64,000 bases of DNA from a virus, in IMG/VR virus record IMGVR_UViG_3300034024_000020, positions 51,704-115,703 of that record; one strand, 5' to 3'. Below the pieces are notes generated by a model. It had not been told where the DNA came from and did not search any database. It saw only the letters and a list, made by a program, of their open reading frames with translations. Shown here piece by piece: positions 1-8,999 of this stretch. How positions within the stretch are numbered: the stretch's first letter is position 1; each line of letters starts with the position of its first letter. The translations under genes were made by a program, and so were the position numbers.

Positions 1-35
1 AGAACGGTCAAGTTAAACATTTTGGAGAAAAATAA

Positions 36-335
36 ATGCACGCAGTTTGGATAGCTTATATTATTTTTGTGTTATGTATGGCATTGTGGGGTTTCTATAA
101 GTGTAGTTCGACATTCTATAACTTTATCCATACTCTAAAGGGCGGGAAAGTTATTCTATGTGAAGGAATTTCGTCTGCCATCAAAGGCGATGTGTGGAAA
201 TCGGCTCTACTTAGAGGTCCTATGACGGGCAAGATCACCGCCTATCGTTACTCTGCTAGTAAGATAGGTGCTCTCGATCTCAAGAGTGATGGTACTGGAG
301 ATTATTGTGGAAAGTTTGTCTGGAAGGTCATTTAA
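36..335 (+). CDS. hypothetical membrane protein
   Basis: GGAG RBS; N-terminal hydrophobic helix. Confidence 0.6.
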   Translation: MHAVWIAYIIFVLCMALWGFYKCSSTFYNFIHTLKGGKVILCEGISSAIKGDVWKSALLRGPMTGKITAYRYSASKIGALDLKSDGTGDYCGKFVWKVI

Positions 336-541
336 TGGCAGACAAATTCACATGGTCGGATGTAGACGTAATCTTAAGAAAATGCGCGGAAGTCGTCTTA
401 GAGGGTCACAGATGGGTTAAATCCGGCTGTAGAGATAAAGGTCTAAGCGGTCCGTCCAATTTTAAGATTGCTTGCATTCAATTGAGGGAGCGTCTCGATA
501 AAGTTATCGAAGGCGAACCTAGCAACATAGGAATGACATGA
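335..541 (+). CDS. hypothetical protein
   Basis: TAATG overlap with the upstream gene (start MADKF), ATGA overlap downstream. Confidence 0.6.
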   Translation: MADKFTWSDVDVILRKCAEVVLEGHRWVKSGCRDKGLSGPSNFKIACIQLRERLDKVIEGEPSNIGMT

Positions 542-1383
542 AAGTAATTAAATCTGCTATAGACGAATCTGTTAACTTCGTTCAAGAGCGTGACGGGATT
601 TTGGAATCCCGTTACGTTCATAGACCTGGAGCAGACTATTTCGTCTGCTATCTTAGTTCACACACCGGATGTAACAAAGCCTGTCGCTTCTGTCATTTGA
701 CAGCGACGGGTCAAACTTATATGCGCGATGCTACCATCCAAGAGCTTGTCGCTCAAATGGTACCTGTTTTTGAACATAATGCTAAAACAGACAATATTAG
801 TGCAGTGAACATCAATTTCATGGCTAGAGGAGAGCCTTTAGCTAATATGACTTTGTTGAAGAATTGGCACGAATTTACTCTAGTTCTTCATGGTCTTTGT
901 AAAGCTTATGGTCTAGAGTATAATATCAATATATCAACAATTATGCCAGAGGAAATGGAAGATGTCGATCTTGCTGATGTGTTTGGGTCAGAAGTCACGT
1001 TATATTATAGCTTATACTCCCTCAAACCGAGATTTCGACGCAGATATATTCCTAAATCAATGGATCCTTACGCTGCCCTTCTTAAACTCAGAGATTGGCA
1101 GCAACGAACAGGCGGGCGAGTAGTAATTCACTTCGCTATGATCCAGGACGGTAATGATTGCTACGGTGATCATCACAACATGCTGGATTATCTACTAAAA
1201 ATCGGACTGGATACTAGACTTAATCTTGTTCGGTACAACCCACCTGATCCTAAGAAAAGTAGAGAAGCTCCTAACTGGCTATCTTTATTCGAACTCTGGA
1301 AATTCGAATTTCCAGAATCTAAAATTGTATCACGCGTAGGCGAAGACGTTTATGCAAGTTGTGGGATGTTTGTAAATGGCTAA
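538..1383 (+). CDS. RlmN/Cfr-like radical SAM enzyme (putative methyltransferase)
   Basis: CxxxCxxC (CNKACRFC), FMARGEP resembling MGMGEP, NLVRYNP, C-terminal ASCG. Confidence 0.85.
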   Translation: MKVIKSAIDESVNFVQERDGILESRYVHRPGADYFVCYLSSHTGCNKACRFCHLTATGQTYMRDATIQELVAQMVPVFEHNAKTDNISAVNINFMARGEPLANMTLLKNWHEFTLVLHGLCKAYGLEYNINISTIMPEEMEDVDLADVFGSEVTLYYSLYSLKPRFRRRYIPKSMDPYAALLKLRDWQQRTGGRVVIHFAMIQDGNDCYGDHHNMLDYLLKIGLDTRLNLVRYNPPDPKKSREAPNWLSLFELWKFEFPESKIVSRVGEDVYASCGMFVNG

Positions 1384-1786
1384 AGGTGCATTAGGACATG
1401 AAATTCTAAACGGGCTAGAGGGAGCTATAGCTCATGCTAAAAGACTACAAACTGAAGAGGAAGACGGCAAAAAGCCTGAAGCCACTGTAGGTGGTCCTGT
1501 TATTACCTATAAAATGAATTGTCCCGTGTGGCCGGGTTTAGGTAAGCTTTCCGAAGAAATGGGAGAGCTAGGAGTAGAATTTGGAAAGTTGATTGTCAAC
1601 GGTGGAAACCCAAATTATTGGGATGACAGAGACTTATTGGACGGAATCCATAATGAAACCGCCGATGTTCTAGCTGCTGTAGCTTTTTTCATTGAACAGA
1701 ATCAGCTACTAGATGAAAATCGCATTACGGAACGAGCACAGAGAAAGCTAGAAAAATTCCGACACTGGCGAGACACCAAACAGTAA
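1376..1786 (+). CDS. MazG-like nucleotide pyrophosphohydrolase
   Basis: KLSEEMGEL ... ETADV acidic metal-binding motifs. Confidence 0.75.
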   Translation: MAKGALGHEILNGLEGAIAHAKRLQTEEEDGKKPEATVGGPVITYKMNCPVWPGLGKLSEEMGELGVEFGKLIVNGGNPNYWDDRDLLDGIHNETADVLAAVAFFIEQNQLLDENRITERAQRKLEKFRHWRDTKQ

Positions 1787-1818
1787 AGCTATTTTCACCG
1801 ATAACGGAAAAATAGTTC

Positions 1819-1847
1819 TTGACATGTGCCCCCATTATGTGTATAAT
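1819..1847 (+). promoter_or_regulatory. sigma70-type promoter
   Basis: TTGACA-17-TATAAT preceded by AAAAATAGTTC. Confidence 0.9.
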
Positions 1848-1877
1848 GGGTGTTCAATCAGCAAGGAGAATATAAAA

Positions 1878-2249
1878 TTGGCTTGGGACGATAACAAGAA
1901 GGCTTTGGCAGTAAAACTCTATCAGGAGAAAGAGCCTACGCCGGAGAACTCAATAGAAATCGTTAAAGAGATTGCCGACGAGATCGGTGAATCTGTTAAC
2001 GGTGTTCGAATGATTCTCACGAAAGCAAATGTTTACATTAAGAAGGCGGATGCACCTAAGGCTGCTTCCGGCGCAAAGAGTAGTGGCTCGGGTGGAACTC
2101 GAGTTAGTAAGGACGCTGCACATCAACAGCTAACCGCAGCAATCGAGGCTCACGGCCAGACTGCTGATAGCGAAATCATCTCTAAGATGACAGGTAAGGC
2201 AGCGTTGCACTTTGCAGCGATTCTTACTGCAATTCCCACAGCGGAATAA
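1878..2249 (+). CDS. D3: T5 D3-like DNA-binding protein
   Basis: MAWDD..K...EPTPENSIEIVKEIADEIGESVNGVRMILTKA; TTG start after GGAG. Confidence 0.75.
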   Translation: MAWDDNKKALAVKLYQEKEPTPENSIEIVKEIADEIGESVNGVRMILTKANVYIKKADAPKAASGAKSSGSGGTRVSKDAAHQQLTAAIEAHGQTADSEIISKMTGKAALHFAAILTAIPTAE

Positions 2250-2254
2250 AAATA

Positions 2255-2287
2255 AGGCGGCCCGACTAGTTTCGGGTCGCCTATTCC
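2255..2287 (+). terminator. hairpin, putative intrinsic terminator
   Basis: AGGCGGCCCGA/TCGGGTCGCCT stem; weak U tail. Confidence 0.6.
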
Positions 2288-2321
2288 TGTTTAAGGTAAG
2301 CCAACCTGCTCAGGAGTAAAA

Positions 2322-2597
2322 GTGACTAAAGATGAGTTTATTAGTCGAGTAAGAGAGTTCGGTGATGCAATTATCACCTATAGAAGCCCGGAGTCTAAGA
2401 AGCTGAAGTACAATGTTTGTACTTTAGATTTTAACACTCCATATATCAAAAGCAAGCAGAATAGAGCTAAAGAGAGTGACGAAACTACTCTTCTTTTCTG
2501 CTGGGACGTAGATTCCTTTAGACTTCTGAGACATAGCAATGTAACTCGTGTTGAGCCACTTGCTAGTGCCTTGAAGGAAGGGTCTAATGTCAGATGA
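2322..2597 (+). CDS. conserved T5-like SH3/WYL_2-fold protein
   Basis: GDAIITYRS..YNVCTLDF..FCWDVDSFR pattern; position in the T5 replication block. Confidence 0.65.
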   Translation: MTKDEFISRVREFGDAIITYRSPESKKLKYNVCTLDFNTPYIKSKQNRAKESDETTLLFCWDVDSFRLLRHSNVTRVEPLASALKEGSNVR

Positions 2598-2907
2598 AGT
2601 ATTTAGTAGAATAGTTCATCAGACTGATGATAAGCAAATAAGATTAACAATCAATGAATTCAGGGGTGTGGAATATATGCACCTCAGAGAATATTATCAA
2701 GATTTTGAGGAAAATTGGTGCCCTTCTAAAAAGGGAGTAGCTATGCCTCTTGATCTGAATAACAGCAGAGAACTGTTTGCGGGATTAGTAGAAATTCTAT
2801 CCCTAGCAGAGAGTAAAGACGTCATTTTAGAGCACTTTGAAGAGCTCATTAGGAACACTTATCCAGATGAAGAACTTTCTAGATTACGCGAGCAAAAAGT
2901 ATCATGA
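2587..2907 (+). CDS. PC4/p15-like ssDNA-binding protein
   Basis: IRLTINEFRGVEYMHLREYY..W.PSKKGV is the PC4 signature. Confidence 0.85.
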   Translation: MSDEVFSRIVHQTDDKQIRLTINEFRGVEYMHLREYYQDFEENWCPSKKGVAMPLDLNNSRELFAGLVEILSLAESKDVILEHFEELIRNTYPDEELSRLREQKVS

Positions 2908-3802
2908 GGGTAACCCCATCATACCTGATGACGTGTTTGATCGTCTAGCAGAGACACATGGATATGAAGATGTGGGTCACAGCGTTCAACACGGTGTGGC
3001 TCACTACTTTCCGATGTGGTCACTCAAGAAGTGCTATGTTGGTGAGAAACCAATCGTCCTAGTTGGCGATACTATCGAAACCCCCAAACTCGACGGAGCT
3101 GCTATCTCTTTACTTTACGTAGAGGGACAATTAGTCATGGCCTTAACACGTGGAAACGGTAAACGCGGTGAGGACATAACAGATAAAATCAAATTACTAG
3201 TAGAGTCTTTTATACCGACATACGAGCCTATAATTCAAATTATAGGTGAAATAGCTGCTAAAAAGACTATTCCTAATGCTAGGAATTATGCAGCTGGAGC
3301 TTTAAACCTCAAAGATATAGAAGAATTCAAAACCAGAGAAGTTACCTTTATTGCTTACGGTTTGCAAGTTTCTGAAAATAAATCTGGTTGTTCAGAAACT
3401 TATGTACAAGATATGCAATCCCTTAGCAATATGGGTTTTAACACAGTTTTAGATGGAGAATGGAATGAATACCCGCAAGATGGCCGCGTTTATCGGCTCA
3501 ATTCAAATCAAGCCTACGATAGGGCTGGTTATACTAGTTCTCACCCTCGCGGAGCCTTTGCTCTCAAAGTACGGCCACAAGGAGTTAGCACAACTCTCAA
3601 AGGAGTTGAATGGCAAGTTGGAAGGACTGGCACTGTTAATCCGGTAGCCATCTTAGAGCCTGTTAAAGTAGGGGACGCCATGGTAAGTCGTGCAACCCTA
3701 CACAATATGAAGTATATTGAAGAGCTAGGCCTGGAGATAGGATGCGAAGTAGAGATTATTCGCTCGGGGGAAATCATACCTCGAGTTGTAAGGAGATTAT
3801 AA
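2867..3802 (+). CDS. ligA: NAD-dependent DNA ligase subunit A (adenylation + OB domains)
   Basis: KLDG, TRGNG, WQVGRTG, RATLHN, RSGEIIP. Confidence 0.95.
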   Translation: MKNFLDYASKKYHEGNPIIPDDVFDRLAETHGYEDVGHSVQHGVAHYFPMWSLKKCYVGEKPIVLVGDTIETPKLDGAAISLLYVEGQLVMALTRGNGKRGEDITDKIKLLVESFIPTYEPIIQIIGEIAAKKTIPNARNYAAGALNLKDIEEFKTREVTFIAYGLQVSENKSGCSETYVQDMQSLSNMGFNTVLDGEWNEYPQDGRVYRLNSNQAYDRAGYTSSHPRGAFALKVRPQGVSTTLKGVEWQVGRTGTVNPVAILEPVKVGDAMVSRATLHNMKYIEELGLEIGCEVEIIRSGEIIPRVVRRL

Positions 3803-3996
3803 TGAGAGCAATTAGAGACAGATTTGTAGGCTTCTTCGGACCTAGAGAAACTGATATGCCGCTGAAGGTTCGTCAAGCAATGGACCGTTTAGATGTATTA
3901 GCCACATGGCAAGAGCCAGATGCGGTTATAACTGTCAGAGCGGGAGATATTAACACCGTATTATCTTTCCTGAAGAAGATTGAAAGAAGCATATAA
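3802..3996 (+). CDS. hypothetical protein
   Basis: AGGAG RBS and TAATG coupling (start MRAIR). Confidence 0.6.
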   Translation: MRAIRDRFVGFFGPRETDMPLKVRQAMDRLDVLATWQEPDAVITVRAGDINTVLSFLKKIERSI

Positions 3997-4253
3997 TGTA
4001 TACCCATTTGCGAGAAATTTCAGGAAAAGCAGCTGATATTTATATCAATTTAGCTGGCATAAGCGATGATGAAGTAGCCATTGGACGAGACGATCTAATG
4101 GAGCTTCTAGAATTAATTGCTGACGGAGCAGAGCAATCTGTAGAAATCGAGGAATTGAAATCTAAGATGGAAACCAGCGACGAAGAATTGAAGTCTCTGT
4201 ATGAAGAGAACGAGGCTTTAAGACGTAAAGCTGACACGTTAAAGAGGGTATAA
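3996..4253 (+). CDS. hypothetical coiled-coil protein
   Basis: TAATG coupling; heptad-rich C-terminus. Confidence 0.6.
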   Translation: MYTHLREISGKAADIYINLAGISDDEVAIGRDDLMELLELIADGAEQSVEIEELKSKMETSDEELKSLYEENEALRRKADTLKRV

Positions 4254-4633
4254 TGCACTTAACTATTTGGACTGCGACCGGATGCTCCTTTTGCGAACCT
4301 ATGAAGCGTATAGCAGAGGATGTAGCACGCACTATTGGTTGGGAATATAATTCGGTAAATCTAGATCAAAGTAATAGAGATCTTTTCAGAGAGTGGGGTA
4401 TTACTGGAGTTCCCACTATAACTATTGTTGAAAATAGAGAAGAAGTTGCTCGTGTAACGGGTTCTATGACTCGACGTCAGTTGGAGACAGAAATTGAGCG
4501 GCATCTACAACGAGACGTATTTTCTGAACAACCCGGAGAAGAGCCAACTTCCAGCAGTTCTGTACTGCGTAATTCTGGTGAACAAGAAAACCCAGAACAG
4601 GGAGTGCATCAAGATAGGGATTGCGCAGGGTAA
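4253..4633 (+). CDS. thioredoxin
   Basis: CSFC (CxxC) motif and GVPT cis-Pro loop. Confidence 0.85.
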   Translation: MHLTIWTATGCSFCEPMKRIAEDVARTIGWEYNSVNLDQSNRDLFREWGITGVPTITIVENREEVARVTGSMTRRQLETEIERHLQRDVFSEQPGEEPTSSSSVLRNSGEQENPEQGVHQDRDCAG

Positions 4634-4859
4634 AAATTGGAAAGATGTAATTAAGAGGTCAGCAGGATTCAAAGGATACGAAATACGTATCCAGAAAGTT
4701 GTACCAGGACCTCTTGAGGAAATATATCATCTAGAACAATATCTGCACGAATTGTGGGCACATAAAAAATACAAATCTGCCTGGAAGTTTGGTGGTCATA
4801 CTGAGCTATTTGAGATTGACGCCGAAATCATTCGTAGCGTCCCAGAAAAAAGTTCTTGA
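4494..4859 (+). CDS. GIY-YIG/T5orf172-like protein
   Basis: LYCVIL..IKIGIA..LEQYLH..GHTELF; TTG start after GGAG. Confidence 0.6.
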   Translation: MSGIYNETYFLNNPEKSQLPAVLYCVILVNKKTQNRECIKIGIAQGKNWKDVIKRSAGFKGYEIRIQKVVPGPLEEIYHLEQYLHELWAHKKYKSAWKFGGHTELFEIDAEIIRSVPEKSS

Positions 4860-4884
4860 CAATGACCCCAAAACCCGATATAAT
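4856..4884 (+). promoter_or_regulatory. sigma70-type promoter
   Basis: AAAAAAGTTC-TTGACA-17-TATAAT. Confidence 0.9.
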
Positions 4885-4908
4885 GGTTTCATCAAGACGA
4901 GAGAAGCA

Positions 4909-5658
4909 ATGATCATCACACCTCCTACGAACTGTCCGAGTTGTGACTCAAATCTTATCTGGTCCAACGATACCCTCTATTGTGTAAATTCTGATTGCCC
5001 TGCTCAAGCGTCGAAGCAAGTTCAACACTTTGCCCAGACTCTTAAGATTAAGGGTTTAGGACCTTCCACAATTGAGAAACTCTTACTTCAGAACATAGAA
5101 GAAATCTATGAGATGGAACTAGAGTATATGACCTCTATGCTAGGGTCAGAAAAGCTGGCAATTAAGCTGTTTAATGAAATTGAAAGATCTAAACAAGAGC
5201 CGCTTAATACAGTCTTACCTGCATTTGGCATTTCGTTGATTGGAAAATCAGCGACTGACAAGCTTTCATCGGTAGTTTCGTCAATATTCGATATTGACGA
5301 GAATGCTTGTAAGAAAGCGGGTCTGGGTCCTAAAGCTACTGAGAACTTAATGGATTGGATGGAAACTCAATTCGAAAGATATTGTGATCTTCCATTTAGC
5401 TATGAGTTTATCAGAAATTCCCCTTCTATGAAAAGCGTAGGCATAATCTGCATTACGGGCAAACTAAATAGTTTCAAAACTAAAGCAGAAGCTGCTGAAG
5501 CTTTGAAAAAGAAGGGTTTTACAGTAAAGGATAGTCTAACTAAAGATGTGACTATACTTGTAAATGAGAGCGGAAAAGAAACCGCTAAAACCATCAAGGC
5601 CGCCGAGAACGGCGTTCTTATCATCAACAACCTAAAAGAATATTTGGAGACTATATAA
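4909..5658 (+). CDS. ligB: NAD-dependent DNA ligase subunit B (Zn finger, HhH, BRCT)
   Basis: PTNCPSC..LYCVN..C, IKGLGP HhH, ICITGKL BRCT. Confidence 0.95.
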   Translation: MIITPPTNCPSCDSNLIWSNDTLYCVNSDCPAQASKQVQHFAQTLKIKGLGPSTIEKLLLQNIEEIYEMELEYMTSMLGSEKLAIKLFNEIERSKQEPLNTVLPAFGISLIGKSATDKLSSVVSSIFDIDENACKKAGLGPKATENLMDWMETQFERYCDLPFSYEFIRNSPSMKSVGIICITGKLNSFKTKAEAAEALKKKGFTVKDSLTKDVTILVNESGKETAKTIKAAENGVLIINNLKEYLETI

Positions 5659-6398
5659 TGACACTTCCTAAGTGGACTGATGAGCGCACCGCTCAGCTTC
5701 GTGATCTCGTTGGCAGCGAGGAGCCCGTAACTAAGGCTACCGTAGACCGTGTAGCAGAGGAAATGGAGACTTCTAGCCGTTCCGTCGCTTCTAAGCTTCG
5801 TAAGCTTGGTGTCGAGGTAGAACTAGCATCGCAGGCGCCACGTGCGTTCAGCGACGAGCAGGCTGAAGAGCTAGCTCAGTTCGTCCGTGAAAATGAGGGT
5901 GAGCTTACTTATGCTCAGATCGCAGAGCAGTTTAACGGTGGTAGCTTCACCGCTAAGCAGATTCAGGGTAAGATCCTAAGCATGGAGCTTACTGATGCGG
6001 TTGCCCCAACTCCTAAGCCGGAGAGCACCAAGACCTACACCGATGAAGAGGAGGCTGAGGTCGTCCGTCTAATCGGTGAGAACGCTTTCGTCGAGGATAT
6101 CGCTAGTGCGCTAGATCGTACCGTTCCTTCTATCCGTGGTAAGGCTCTTAGCCTTCTTCGTGGTGGTCAGATCGCAGCGATGCCAAAGCAGCGTGACGTT
6201 AAGGGTCAGGCACCTGACCAGTTCGAGGAGCTCGGAGATGTTTCAACTCTTACCGTTGAGCAGATCGCAGAGCGTCTTGGAAAGACCGAGCGCGGTGTAA
6301 AGACCATGCTAACCCGTCGCGGTGTAACCGCAGCGGACTACGACGGGGCAGCTCGTCGTGAGAAGGCTCAGGCAGCAGCCGCAGCAACCACTGCGTAA
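5658..6398 (+). CDS. D5: T5 D5-like DNA-binding transcription regulator
   Basis: KWTDER..RSVASKLRK..QIQGKILSMELT..RGVKTMLTRRG repeated HTH units. Confidence 0.9.
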   Translation: MTLPKWTDERTAQLRDLVGSEEPVTKATVDRVAEEMETSSRSVASKLRKLGVEVELASQAPRAFSDEQAEELAQFVRENEGELTYAQIAEQFNGGSFTAKQIQGKILSMELTDAVAPTPKPESTKTYTDEEEAEVVRLIGENAFVEDIASALDRTVPSIRGKALSLLRGGQIAAMPKQRDVKGQAPDQFEELGDVSTLTVEQIAERLGKTERGVKTMLTRRGVTAADYDGAARREKAQAAAAATTA

Positions 6399-6422
6399 AC
6401 GCCTCCTTCTTGGAAAATGTAA

Positions 6423-6459
6423 GGGCGGGGAAACGGTAAACGTTTCCCTGCCCAATTTT
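6423..6459 (+). terminator. intrinsic terminator
   Basis: GGGCGGGGAAACG/CGTTTCCCTGCCC 13-bp stem followed by AATTTT. Confidence 0.75.
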
Positions 6460-6473
6460 GCTGGAGAAAGCAA

Positions 6474-6611
6474 ATGATTAATTTATGGCGTGAGTTATTC
6501 CGCATAGAAAACAATAATCTCGGTCTTCGTATAGAAGTGAAGATTACTCCTGAAATAACAGAGAGCTGGGAAGAGCTCGTAGAAGCCTGGAACGAGCTAT
6601 TTAAGAAATAA
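6474..6611 (+). CDS. small hypothetical protein (45 aa, not in ORF track)
   Basis: GGAG RBS; MINLWRELFRI...NELFKK; fills the gap between genes. Confidence 0.6.
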   Translation: MINLWRELFRIENNNLGLRIEVKITPEITESWEELVEAWNELFKK

Positions 6612-6624
6612 TATGGAGTAAATA

Positions 6625-8037
6625 GTGAACCTAGCTAGCGCACTTATAAAACAAGTATTGGAGCAAGAAGACTTTGATACTTGGTCAAATGTGCGTAAGC
6701 ATTATCTGCCTAGTGAGTATCATCAACTATTTGACATAATCAGCAAACACACTGATTCCTATCACAAGCTACCAACGCTAGAGGAATTGAAGTTTGAAAT
6801 ACGTGATAACGCTACGCTCGAAAAGGTTTATGCACTAGAAACAGGTGAGGAGATAGAGGCTGAGCCCTTTCTTCTCTTAGACTACTTAAAAAATGAGTAC
6901 ACTCAAAAGGAGTTCTTATTTCAAGTAGATAGACTTATTGATAGGTCTTTAGCTTTTGAAACAGCCGAAGAGACCATCAAGTCTATTCAAGAGATTGCTA
7001 TCGACCTTGAGAATAAGGTTGATATTACTGATCCTGCTGAAAACATGCAGAAGATCAGCTTATTTGAAAGTGACGAAGACCTAGGAGCTCGGGTAACTCT
7101 AGGTCTTAATTCCGATTTCGATAGTCAGTATCCTATTGCGGTTACTGACTACATCATGCTTGGTGGGCCTAAGGGTGCTGGTAAGTCTATTACATGTAAC
7201 AATGTAGGTAGGCACATAATCGAAGTCAAGCAGAAAGTAGCACTTTACTTCTCTATTGAGATGGAGGCGATTGAGGTATTGCAGCGTGATGCTGCTCTAG
7301 CCACAAAGATTCCTTTCAACAAGATTAGAAATAAGAACCTATCAGTAGTAGAATGGGAAAAGATCGTCGAGTACTGGGGTACTCGATTTAAGAATTCAGA
7401 AGGTCACGTAGCTGCTTACAAGCAGCATCATGATTTCAACAGATTCCACACAGCTATTTCCAAAGAAGAGCTGTCTGGTGCCTATCTTGATATCATCTAT
7501 GATCCTAATCTAACCTTGACTCGTATTAGAAACGAGGTCCAGAAAAGATTGGCTCAAGGTGTCGAAATTGGCATCATTATTGTAGACTATATCAACCAGG
7601 TGAAACTGAATGACAACAGTAAAGTTGGTGATAAACAGTATGAGTGGAAAGAGCAGATCAACATCAGTACTGGTTTAAGACGTTTGGCACAGGAGCTAAG
7701 AATTCCTGTATTCAGTCCTTACCAAATGGATGCCGATGGAAAAGCAAGATTTGCTCGGGGTATCCTTGATGCGCCGACCGTCGTAATTAAGCTCATAAAG
7801 TTTCCGCAAGCGGACGCAATCATGGGCTTTGAAATTGAAAAGATGCGACACGCTCCTGATGAACTCGTAGTTATCTCTAGAATGGACTGGAATTGCTTAC
7901 AGATCGGACCAGAGAATGGGGAATTACCCGAGCCTGAAGTAGAAGAGGATGAACATCCTAAAGCTACTTTTGGAAGGAAGAAGCAAAGTAGTAGCAAACC
8001 AACTGGTGAAAGCATCTATGACGATCCACCCTTCTAG
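6625..8037 (+). CDS. D6: DnaB-like replicative helicase (T5 D6)
   Basis: GGPKGAGKS Walker A, FSIEM, IIVDYINQ. Confidence 0.92.
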   Translation: MNLASALIKQVLEQEDFDTWSNVRKHYLPSEYHQLFDIISKHTDSYHKLPTLEELKFEIRDNATLEKVYALETGEEIEAEPFLLLDYLKNEYTQKEFLFQVDRLIDRSLAFETAEETIKSIQEIAIDLENKVDITDPAENMQKISLFESDEDLGARVTLGLNSDFDSQYPIAVTDYIMLGGPKGAGKSITCNNVGRHIIEVKQKVALYFSIEMEAIEVLQRDAALATKIPFNKIRNKNLSVVEWEKIVEYWGTRFKNSEGHVAAYKQHHDFNRFHTAISKEELSGAYLDIIYDPNLTLTRIRNEVQKRLAQGVEIGIIIVDYINQVKLNDNSKVGDKQYEWKEQINISTGLRRLAQELRIPVFSPYQMDADGKARFARGILDAPTVVIKLIKFPQADAIMGFEIEKMRHAPDELVVISRMDWNCLQIGPENGELPEPEVEEDEHPKATFGRKKQSSSKPTGESIYDDPPF

Positions 8038-8221
8038 TTTTGATAGGGGATACTACGCTGCGGGTGACGAAATAATGAACTGGCTCAATTCTTTGGATAG
8101 TGGGGGCATGACAACTAAAGAATTGAGATCGGTTCTAAACGTGAAAATTTTGGAGATGACACCATATGCAAGTAGAAGATCTATTGAGTCGTCACAAGAT
8201 TTCCTACACGCTGAGTGGTAA
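8018..8221 (+). CDS. hypothetical protein
   Basis: Fills the helicase-primase gap; likely start MTIHP. Confidence 0.45.
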   Translation: MTIHPSSFDRGYYAAGDEIMNWLNSLDSGGMTTKELRSVLNVKILEMTPYASRRSIESSQDFLHAEW

Positions 8222-8999
8222 AGACTTAGTTACTTTATGCTTTAATCCAGATCATGATGATACTACTGCTGGTAGTTTCAGAATTGATAAAATCACAGGA
8301 GCAATGAACTGCTTCGCATGTGGATTTAAAGGCAGTGTATTTGCACACTTTGGCACGAAGGGCAACCCCCTTATGATAGCCAGGGAAAAGCTAAAAAGAA
8401 AGATTTCGGAGAAATTAGCAGAAAATGTCGGACTTGAAATCCCTAGAAACGCTGTTCCTTTCGCCAGAGAGTGGCGAGGAATATCGGCAGATACTTATAG
8501 AAAGTTCGAAGCTTTTGAGCATAATGACTCGGACTTTATTGGCCGCGTCGTATTTCCCATCCGTTCGTTCTCCGGAAGAATTGCGGGGTTTAACGCAAGA
8601 CATCTCACGCTTAATCAGCACCCTAAGTATCTTATATCCCCACCTAATGCGAAACTTCCGCTATTTCCAAAAGTAAAACCTGTAGAAGGTTCTATCGTGC
8701 TCGTAGAGGGCATGTTCGATATGCTCAACTTGCACGACAAAGGGCTAGACAACGCCGTATGTGCATTTGGAACTAGAAAAGTTACGAAAGACAAACTAAA
8801 CCTATTAAAGGTACAAGGCGTTAGCAAGTTAGACATTGCGTTTGACCCTGACGAAGCTGGTACCGAAGCAGCCGCCGAAGTAAAAGAACTAGCAGAACGT
8901 ATGGAAATGTATGCTAGAGTTGTTACTTTAAAAGACCAAGATCCAGGTGACCTGACAGCCTCACAAGTGCTCAGATTAAAGGAGAAGTTATATGGCTAA
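8166..8999 (+). CDS. DNA primase
   Basis: CFNPDH..CFAC zinc finger; TOPRIM VEGMFD and FDPDEAG. Confidence 0.93.
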   Translation: MQVEDLLSRHKISYTLSGKDLVTLCFNPDHDDTTAGSFRIDKITGAMNCFACGFKGSVFAHFGTKGNPLMIAREKLKRKISEKLAENVGLEIPRNAVPFAREWRGISADTYRKFEAFEHNDSDFIGRVVFPIRSFSGRIAGFNARHLTLNQHPKYLISPPNAKLPLFPKVKPVEGSIVLVEGMFDMLNLHDKGLDNAVCAFGTRKVTKDKLNLLKVQGVSKLDIAFDPDEAGTEAAAEVKELAERMEMYARVVTLKDQDPGDLTASQVLRLKEKLYG

